Below are positions 51,001 through 57,500 of a DNA stretch of 64,000 bases, piece after piece (position 1 is the stretch's first letter; every line of letters begins with the position of its first letter). Source of the DNA: a virus; the IMG/VR virus record IMGVR_UViG_3300036985_006427, positions 1 through 64,000 of that record; one strand, written 5' to 3'. The notes below the pieces were generated by a model that was not told the DNA's origin, did no database searches, and was given only the letters and a program-made list of their open reading frames with translations. A program made the position numbers and the translations under genes.

Positions 51001-51569
51001 ATATCTGACGAACCTATGATTTCTGACACAAGGCTTATGTAAGAACTAAAAATAGTTGATATGTCAGCTACACCAACAATACTTGCTCCTCCAACAGACT
51101 TAGCGGTCACCATGTTCGGAGCGGTGGCGTTAGCGTATCCAAAAACACTTGGATCTACAGCAGGAGGATTGCTCAGCAAGCCAAGGTTTGGACCGTCATA
51201 AAAAAATAAAACTGATCCATTTTCGAATTTTTGGATCACATTGGATGAAATCTTGACAAACTGATTTGGAGAAACTTCATACGACAACTCTATATTCCAG
51301 CCTTCATCGATAAGATCTTTGTACTGACAGGTGTTTGCAGAACATCCAGATAGAGTGTATAATGGTCCACTTCCAGCCAATGAATTTTTATCGAAATAAA
51401 CAATTATTTGCTGTGGAGGCGCTGCTATTTTAGAAAACGTATTGAATGAGGCTGATAAAGCAGCTTCATTGAGTGTCATTGTAGCAAGAAGCTCACCTCC
51501 TCCGGGACAGGTGGCTGAGGTTCCTTTTATACAACAACATTCCAAACTCTTCAAGAACGGTTCTGACAT
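39093..51569 (-). CDS. Giant virion/adhesin protein (4158 aa) with a LamG-like domain and seven FG-GAP repeats
   Basis: FG..V/L...GAP...G.VY/AF repeats; LamG-like segment at about 48100-48600; directly after the TMP. Confidence 0.75.
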   Translation of the reverse strand: MSEPFLKSLECCCIKGTSATCPGGGELLATMTLNEAALSASFNTFSKIAAPPQQIIVYFDKNSLAGSGPLYTLSGCSANTCQYKDLIDEGWNIELSYEVSPNQFVKISSNVIQKFENGSVLFFYDGPNLGLLSNPPAVDPSVFGYANATAPNMVTAKSVGGASIVGVADISTIFSSYISLVSEIIGSSDILNSIKASYVLSQVITGEANIINTITDKVAGDFGDFYCQGKLYPSNDLPIDSGFGTFAGPSLESTNLWSNIDEGIYEGVLKDRGDSNLLSDDKNSYIEPNTFHTEGLFQYKCELTDMYVRPERSSFRIRVATPLYNYESKLPPLYTLYNIKLSDPSGNLIVKYNDIQMRGDSTEEYSNFTTYSSLPQINVINEKYDWQRTIPHMHKVSGYQLSFSVRAVSLDDPFNKGFDDGFEENYIIPEILSNNGNSYLAIDGQPLSSNETRFINPTRGFRISAVEICNSGGYGPRLENYLPFRIPVREIGRRLERSINPTFIAINTYDTTIYPSVNNNVWADDTTITAGYPIGATNQDVCGSKELINILNVKNADRFIKLQSTSGGNIANSGKLILKFQTGYNKVDEITNGDFNFSFDQGTNTTWWKPTGAFSVEKRIENIQEDICFYNVESLTLKVLAKKQVGSRDYILDVVGYSNDDLLFVTPPSGGFIQDPSGIFLNDTFVSNIGNYPVLSGFYRGDSDRTIGGGSLSENDTYFESSGNDHYRLSQYPVVNSTGFQLYEIPLVILDDKVKLGLSRDYSLSSFLENVYLDIFPLPSGAAIGYAELCVRYAPANAINLYTQGGEKFGKTQDGRSEAALYPSGMQSYDSVLNAGSGYGPISRIQNIPHAYGSPNTIRTNYARRWKGMEGLTQGDFHPNMFGFSFYNPLLDSPFNFGFYDFDYDDGHTINPHNNTGNGGVLHTTYGNGQYRYKNIGWRFTNPTIFNNQLPGYSTSYQTTDWTSLSNGAANFTSDQLYGQISDAFNNIVRISGQNSYIDFNHSLDTSDGFVSYIKFTPDVNVSGVGYNLFNSGVLVSKWGLHNAHGGRQLEFAISYENGYLCGLARSTTGNIIKITDTAHYSEYQYPLAVILTYNDKDLSELKLYTDNEFAYPWNTLRATSTPFDIYVGDSDVTVGFSTGSGVGMNMFVSEFGLASGCKIVQSDPDLQLKETSADVFLANQRVKLWNPSESHTNDRFTLWQNVDEDTHNDWHVGDFKYCQFDASFDFLTKRTGRDLISFNLKSDGIGYSDKTNITLPTSVDNTVAYHTQIENDFLRFHLSDVVDNFYAVNRRITKSIPVGYKFSERALVVETIVEHKFGDGIKWPSCETIAPSGPKFIVSLYTKKQDPYWTTEEPNWGLVNRKIHYIEPSSCFVKLESTFDYEDLIDETEPWAVFPKEPRLKDFSERYFKDDVNQMFVQYDLVYPSGPAFESRIDMHSSHVRMVDANILALGSSGTFNMNVSGAFPASSQINLNIGGFPRENSGILPLIVQVPIPYNIFNEVDHPSGFFLNVSGAFTESNSLNLFIPPQSGYSYFNLNISGELPTSLSSGLSLSMPKVLGMLDTSDDGNPNTSVGSFFGMPLTLVNIELAGKPEGPVLNLNLFASSGNVGVLSSLPLFLHNQQLNRQKGSASGVIGLTIVGHNQGVSTRRSHSMPLYINAPNIINQSMPLYVHNPLVKSLLTGSLNFVTANYSSNFGSSLAVWNSSSYGSPIELADNHVAFLPANNEIRGVDLIGYGSCTGDSPSKAIDKALVTDGITWRQETCNDGGIFRAKNTYTNSGAINFAGGFGYSGNYYGIRKFDQLLPSLAYKTTLVIKTGSNQSIPVPRTFEEWEYGMCGPAWYPNNSGCCTEDCDQNIVFSGVKLISASGRNVNDNYGQQVRVSNDLMAISAPNITISDYSPYDESTVNVSGAGSVFLYRRGSDQAGKKAGWSYAEQLMLPSGFRKDYIQRTEENIIRFDQFSISGNKWQIGQEGRKFGESLDICSSGEREIVVVGAPRAKWSRSFSDIAVSGIPTAGIIFTDLFEYEKEKLKSVAATAQKFNTLWKYFSAPWNSGPNEWYAQINPKLIVLQLTHSNRNYPVIPTDESSWFVHKYIPRLDDLELLLDTGSGVLGGLGSPANFIASGRPVVFNQMLSGVKSAFFQAFPSGSTEFSVYSGIPAIIGLFKEQTGSTEGALQYGNNGVVINIYDEFEKFYLAHSYASGVKDLVQNIAQSGHLNKITGESETWDTTCKQLFENTFDSGRLSAGYTNTTLNRNFIASGVGQEWGSTHGSVVTEFQVPPASGGRVYIFEKERNTFNCIQVIVSPNDKLEFNFDSMDGLGSIYSKTYNDRFGHAVSISKNGEVVAVGSPWNDKSCNIFERNEKEAQKVYDNIRSWCVSTNKPQAVSHYDSIASQSGQAIAKVSTYDFIQSSERFEYRNDINFWGTLPTPYKMTYQYGHNDIQYLGTRQFLPSTFASTSRLGWSCAVDQDGETVAFGAPTDCFNEFEDANVWGDNILSWASYTNAGAVRVFQNRKYYPHNKVVEFGRFGNLDRSSHPEERALGYYDNSNWPLIFASGSNGTIGYQGKSWRRTDFSEIEIPRDAGLAFIVTPELDAASDEIIQNIKDWLSLGDRNLVIVGNDPVWEEDGLYEDSNKIVNKILEKLGSRMRIHPARNVEYSAQGCISQQDVSSNKYNATKSFLPDRSTGRTIEHHGEYYIKGVGDIRIDLSRDNLDEFFENLNCPEGATCGDGPAPIINSKCEFPLKGIVGDLRAQWKEQCVKTTPKTCSVVSYYKNWPLQFQNFTIDCDSPPQSLFNKSNEEPVPVLTTAEHLPPTSWYDPATSGLIWDTFQPQVYKVNKQFEEKISFAANNINELAFHIMENGPSVVSGNFNSFYYNGDMFDPALENGRDGLMQAAGKILSEAVDVTETVYPDQIVALVESGRKPDGSFNNSRIYVLATQWSEDDASRGLSYATLNKDKNTEFYINMIRKDCLYAPKGLQINGFTGRTSLKNAYDSSGNSASGHNLANKLNVEFFPDGGFFTENSEMRYVNGSIDFVWLAFPSGKPSSEDLMTLNDWLDFGNKKIIITYSAVKDSTAQEISDNITYLCSGLRMTSKPMYLPKLGKYYLSDKLSRYTENDNKQLINYATDSISGCDDGYHFTYPSYKTSTSLSGIDFHPNTATISVASQSEEFSYASRTNFVPLSGGQDFERILSFLPEIKQTYKVYGAKNTWQINGAGAVTFPILPGSGYRVWINWVSESPDEKFKICANHSGNLIFDTPVGLPSFACGSVGELTKTTTYIPQETIFEFRTESNSNIDEFGITFQTSKWSSFIDVKELEGISLPPKTPRMLSISGALLPIITEINAITTSGLINDGLPVQFNFRYAVNPAASGVVPGVSRPVKHKSSIYCDENNFTTDECISASESWAEELIEDGPVIVAEEFENFSSFQNGKRRSKIILIADSTLLQGQCPHYRSTTITGNQSFVRNLYPPSPNDTGETINIGNGAGRLQSGGVYDTALIKEGRNWELSQKLRAPERGSPAKYAAVSGQAIGATLIPSRLWGGNGVAGNLNNYSDNEDTYDPTTLSRPPELKTSEEMEQRSKSFFNDEVITKYGMYPRFSGDFLDIVTYNGGIYTDYDILLGLDKNSNRSFIVDAGIGGGLNELMKIANADYLDYDLFNSGCPGDLFGYSVAIDNGKIIVGTPYNAFHSEGAISGVSGIVQWHEIKNDATRSGIRIGADGGAGAAFIFEKTNNGKNVIEEFLPWEFKQKIKPNSINVGIYDFSPTPSQKLTSLRGPHQINDSSFISEYARRGDRFGFSVDIAYDMAVVGAPNHSFETLHHHIYSGSTAFQRKSFDAKFDIPKHSFYDLADSGIRVNTFGNNSGTMTLNNGAVYNYRNEMVNFNERTQRWIFAEKMLAVGYKSRVQTALTTGILAASGSDNDNFGASVCIDRPLRGDSDYTLIAGSPNHDWPTSGDHPTKGLNNAGAAYTFDCVLRQQIPSIQNSGGWIDAHVFGNKQESGSTDRVGLRVYQNSSGDSLEYVVSGIVFSNKNGDIFLEASGFDPSTKGFVAHRPYIDNIKFELFPGTEINNSFNLITSGRPVAMSGDMNLSLLGPDRANVYNTLGLYNFGVLGIASGENPSGLSLFISAPSGQSSESLNLSLTSTQTTNALNLRVRGY

Positions 51570-51573
51570 TTTG

Positions 51574-54500
51574 TTAACCTAATACAGAGTTAGTTTTCTT
51601 TAAATCACCGGATGTGTTTGTCTTAAACTGCGATATTTGTTTTCCTACTTCGGTCAACAATTCTTGCTTTATGTCTTCTTTCATTGTTTCTAAGAAAGAA
51701 GCTCCATTAAAGTTAACATTGATATTCGTTGTATCTAAAGCTACTTGGAATTTACTTCCTATAAGCTTGTCTACGGTCGCAGCGAAATTATTGAATATAG
51801 TTGTTAACTGTGGTATCGCTGCACTGAATGCGCTGCCTACACCATCTACCGCTCCTCCAACGTTATAATATCGAGCTTTACCTCCACCGCTCATTGCTCC
51901 GGGAGCACTCGCTCCACCACCTTTGTTCATAGCTTGTAGTATCTGTAAATTATTGCCACGTTGAACTGACGATCTGTTGACCACAAATTCTCCCGGAGTC
52001 AACATAGCCGGAACGGTATCTGTTCCACGCGGAACGAACATTCCTCTGTTCGCATAAACTGGACCTCCTCTGTAAAGACCCGGAGGAGCAGGTGCCGCAG
52101 CAGGTGCTTGAGCTGGAGCAGCAGCAGCGCCACCTAAAGCTTGGTTTAATTGTTTGCCAATGTCTCCAATTGTAAGTTCTTGAGCATAAACAATTGCTTG
52201 TTTAGTATTAACTTCTGCTCTTTCAAATTCGGCTGCTTGTTGACCAAGTTGACCAAGTGTTGTCGCTAATTCTCTACCTTCAGCTTTCTTAGCTTGCTCT
52301 TCGGTTGTTGTGCCAGATAGTACACCCGTTGATTGAACTCCGAAACGTTGCAGCGTTAAATCTTCTGCTCTTCTTTTTTTATCATCCGATAAGCCTTGTC
52401 CCTCAAGGGTTTTGAAACCAGCTCCCAACGCTGAACCACTAAACAAACTAGTCAAAGCAGAGCTTCCGCTCGCTAGTGCAGCACCAGCTCCAGCAGCCGC
52501 TTGTTTTTCTAAAAACCCTTCTATGTCACCGCTTATGAGTGATTCGAGAGAATCCTTTTCTGCTTGATTTTTTCTTTGAATTAATTGAAGTTCTTCTTTT
52601 CTAGCTTCAATTTCTTGTTTTGTTTGTGAGATTAAATCTTGTTGTAACGCTTTCAGTCTTTCTCTAGTGTCTTCTTCCGCTCCAGCGCCACCAGAAAAAG
52701 CTCTTTCTCCAGACACTGCGCCAGCTCTAGCTCTTTCTTCTAGTTGTAAGAATTGATTGCTAATATCAGCGGATACGCTTTGAATATCACCAGCGTTGCC
52801 AGTTTGAAGACCACGCACACCAACAGCCTCAGCGCCAACATTGAAGCTTGCAACTCTAGCTTGTTGTTTTTCGCCTGCTGTTAAAGCTTTACCACCAAAC
52901 TCTTCAAAGATCTTGCCAGCCTCTAGTTGTAATTCTATAGCCCTTCTTTGTGCTGCTACATATTCTTGTTCAGATGCTATACGTTGTTGAATTCCCTTGA
53001 TCAGTAATTGCTCTGCCTCTGAGCGTTTTTGAAGAACACCAAGAACTTCTTTGTTGAATGCATCACTAGTTTTTTGCAATGCTTCTCTTAATGGACCAAA
53101 ATTTCCAGCTTGAATTTCAGCAAGATCTTCTCCGTTAAACTTAGAGCTTGCTTCGTCAAGACCAGCATTAATTCTTGTTGCCACTTCAGGATCTAATCCG
53201 GCGGTCAATTCTTCACTGAGTATCCTTGATATTTCTTGTGGAGTTGCTCCCGCCGGTCCTTTTTCCGTTAATTTCTTTTGTATGTTTGCAAAAGAATCTG
53301 AATCTTTATTTAGTCTAGAAAAGGCAGTGTTGAAACCTTTAGCTGCACCACTCGCGTTACCTATGGCAGCCTCACTAGCTCCAGCTTCACGCAAAGTACC
53401 TTCTAGTGTTGCAATGGCTCCATCTAATTCCTTTGCTGACAAAGTGCCAGCAGCGCTAGTCAATGCGGTCTGTAAGATATCTAATGAATCACCAAACTTA
53501 TCTCCAACCTGATCTATAGTTAATAATTTCGATAATTTTTTGTTTGTAGCATCCAATGAATCAGAAAGTGTTCCAAGGCCAAAGTTAGTAGCTTTGATAA
53601 GAGCTAATTGTCTTATGGCTTGCTCTTTAGCGGCTTTCAAAGACTGTTTACCAGCTTCTTCTCTTTGTTTTTCAAATCCTCTAATTTTAATTTCTTGTTG
53701 TTCAAGATCTGAAAATACTCTGGCTCCCGGTCCTTGTGATTGCTGCACATTTGCGTCAATTCTAGCTTGCTCTGCTGGAGAAAATTGTGAAGTAGTAGCA
53801 GCTTTAAATGCTGAATTATCGGTAACAGTCCTTTCAGCTTCGTCCGCCGTTGCTCCTCTCATGATCTGATCCGCAAGAACATTACCAAACATTGGTAATT
53901 GTTCCATAAATGCAGTAGTAGCTTTTTCTTGGTCTGGAATTTGTTCTTTCAAAGCTTCGGCTCTTTTTTTGTCGTTAGACTTATCCAATTGCCCCTGAAG
54001 CATACTGCCAACCAAAGCACCCAAAGGACCAGCAATAGCTAATCCAGCCATAGTTGAGGCTCCTTCCAGAGCCCAGAATGAATTATTAACATCTTCAATT
54101 CTTGAATTGCTCAAAGCTATGGATTGTGCAAGAACACCAAACTCATTGTTTAAATTACCAGTTAAATTGCCTTTCGTAAATTCATCGGTTAAAGTGCTAG
54201 ATCCAGACTCTACACGTTGCATAGCCATAGCGACATCGTTGGCGTTTTTAGAAGCTTCGTTTTCCTGTTTCTTTCTGGCGGCAGCTAATCTAGCTTCTTG
54301 TTTAACTGTATCTGTACTTGGACCTAATCCAAAGAATGCTAAAGTTTTTCTAAAGGCATTTAATGGTCCTTCTAACAGCCCAAACGCATCAGCTAATTTA
54401 AGACCAATCGCAACAATACCAATCGTAACACCAACTAGCACACCTAATGGTCCACTGACAGCAATTAAAACACCAGCTAAAATTCCAAGAGCTATAGTTA

Positions 54501-57500
54501 CTTTATTTACTATGTTAGAATTTGCAGACGCTACAGCCGTTTCTCCAGCTTTTGCGACATTGCCTTGCTCAATAGCCTTTTTAGCTTTTTCATGCACGCC
54601 TGTTAAAGAATCAACAGCTTTAGTTAAAGCAAAAGCAGCTATACCGCCAGCAGCAAACCCAGCAATCAATGGACCAAGTACTGGACCAGAACGGGCAAGT
54701 ACTTTACCTAGCTGTGGACCTAATTTAGTTAGTTGGGAGCCGAATTTACCTAATCGACCCGGAAATTTTTCTAATATCTCTCCTGCTTTTTTAACTCCGC
54801 TTTCCAAACCACTGTTCTTGGCTCCAACTTGTAAGCCAGCACCTACTCTGGAAGATTTACCACGGAAGAATTGACCAATGTCTTTCAGTCCTGCTGCGTT
54901 TAATTTTAGACCAAAAGCTTGAGCAGCAGCAGCAGCACCAAGTAATCCTGCAAGAAGTGTTTGCAAACCACCCACTAACCCATCGGCAAATTTTGCAAGA
55001 GCGCTGCTATTTTCATCAATTTGTGGTTTTAAATAACCTAAGCCGCCAATAACAGCAGACACCCCAACAGATAACTTCAGAAGGTAATCATCATCTTTTT
55101 TTCGTGTTTTACCTGTTGGTGGACTAGTTGGAGATGTTCCTGTGCCAGTTCCAGCGTTTGGACTAGTCGGACTAACTGGAGGACAAGGACACACCGGAGG
55201 AACTACTTGAGGAGTTGCTGCGGGTAGACTAGTTGGATACCCTAGCCCTCCCGGTTTTGGATTGGTAGTTGCTGCGGGTGGAATAATGACTGGAGGTTTT
55301 ACCGTAGTCATTGCCGGGTTTCGTCTTTGCACTGAACTTGGCTTCTTGCCTAAGGCTAATTTAGCTGCATTTTCTTGAACTCCAGCAGCCTTGATAGCTT
55401 GAGCGTTTGTCTGTAATTCTGCTGTGACCTTATCTCTAATTTCCTTTCCTCTTTTTAAAGATTCTTCTTCTCGCTGTAAAGCAGCGTTTGTATCTTTTAG
55501 ATTTTTATCCATCACTGTGGATTCTTTCAGAAGATCATTCAGCTTTTTCGCATGCTCATCTTGAGCCTTCCTGTGGGTTCGTAAAGCCTTTTTATATTCG
55601 TTTAAATCTTTCTCGACCGATTCTTTGCTATCACCAAAATCCTTGAAACCATTTGGACCAGATTTTTTTCTAAGAGCAAGTTTACGTTCTTCAATTTTTG
55701 CTTTAATTTCTGCTTCATTTAATGGTTTCGAGGAACCTCTAACATCAACAGTAGTTTTAAGATCTTTTACTGAAGTTAGATCGGCAAATTCCTTTGTTTT
55801 TAAATCTATAGCGGATTCTTGTTCAGCCTTCTTTGCTTTTAAAGAGCCGACAGTAATCTCTTTTTTGGATATGCTTGATGAGATACCAACCTGTTGTCTT
55901 TGTAAATTACCCCTATCTTTTTGCAAATTTTGTCTAGTTACTTTTGCTGCATCTCTCATAGCTTCAAGCTCTGCTTTAGTAGGAGACACTGGAAGAACTG
56001 CCGGAGTAGTAGCCACTGGAGGTGCTGCAGTAACTGGCGGAGTAGTAGCCACTGGAAGAACTGCCGGAGTAGTAGCCACTGGAGGTGCTGCAGTAACTGG
56101 CGGAGTAGTAGCCACTGGAGGAACTGCCGGAGTAGTATCCACTGGAGGTGCTGCAGTAACTGGCGGAGTAGTAGCCACTGGAGGTGCTGGTACAGCAGCT
56201 TCTGGTGCAGGAGGTTCTGGCTGTTTAGGAGTTGGAGTTCCTAAAAATTCAGCAGCTTTCTTTTCTTTTACGTTAGCCTCTTGTGTGAGTTTAGCGTTTT
56301 TCTCTAAGTTAGACTGAAGCTTATCTCTAATTCTAATCGAACTATTTAAACTATCCTGTTCTCGCTTTAAAGAATCTGCTGTCTTTTTTAACGAGTCTTT
56401 GAGATCTGTTTCTTGTTCTTCAAGCTTCTTGGTTTGTAAATGAGCAGAAGCCATATCTTTAGCCAAAGATTGAAGATTACCTTTTAATAGTTCTAAATCC
56501 TTTGTTACAAAATCTCTACCTCCAAGGAGTTCAAGCTCACCAGAATCTCCGTTAAGAGCAGATTCACGTTTCTTAATTTCACTTTTTATATTGACAGAGG
56601 TTTGTACGTCGGACTTTCTTTTCCTCTTATTCACATAAATGTCATCACTCACTGACGTCAGAGTAGATATTTGTTCATTCCTCTGAGCATCTAAAGCGTT
56701 TATATTACCTTGTTTTTCAGTTATGTCACCAGAAACATGAGCCTGACCGCTTTTTAACCCATCTCGTTTCTTTTCTAATTCTGCTCTAGTTTCGATTGCC
56801 GCTTTGTGAATAGCTTCAACGTCTGATGTTAAATCCTCTGCAGATAATCCAGCAAAACCTTCACCACTCTTTTTTAACTCCTCGGCCATCGCAATCATAG
56901 CTAATTCAGCGTCACCAGTACTTGCTAATATAGATTGTGCAGCAGTATTAGAGCCTGCAAACAAATTAGCAAAAACTTCTCTGTTTTGACCAGCATAGTT
57001 TTCAATAAAATTTAAACTAGCACCAGTCTTTTTCATAGACGTTACAAGAGCTTGAGTTATTTTATCTGTTATTTGCTTTTGAAAAGTACCTTCTTTTTCG
57101 CTAGCATAACCAGAACCTCCTCCACCAATCTTGTCTCCAGCAGCAACATCCACTAAATGACCAACCTCATGATCTATTGTTCCTGTTGTTGCTTTATCCT
57201 TGGCTGTCTTAACTTGAAATACACGCTCATTTTTGTCGTTTCCACCAGCTCTAAACTGACCGTAGGATGAACCACCATCAATATTGTCAACAATCCCACT
57301 TTTGTACTCTTCAGTACCTTGACCCTTTTCAATTCCGTCTAATATTGCTTTCTTTATATCTTCTGGTAGATGATTCGTTACTTTTTTGAATGCCTTACCG
57401 AAATCTTCGGCGGTCTTTACTTTATCTTTTCCACCAACCCGTGCTCGCACGATATCTTTAGCAGCTTCGTCAGTCGCTAGACCTCCAACTTCAAAACGAT

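Noticed and set aside
55987-56189. CRISPR-like array
   Set aside because: There are no unique spacers; it is an in-frame coding tandem repeat.
53282-56317. Long + strand ORFs antisense to the TMP (e.g. 54107..54874, 55625..56317) and other short overlapping ORFs in the track
   Set aside because: These are shadow ORFs caused by codon bias of the real genes; they show no motifs or RBS.
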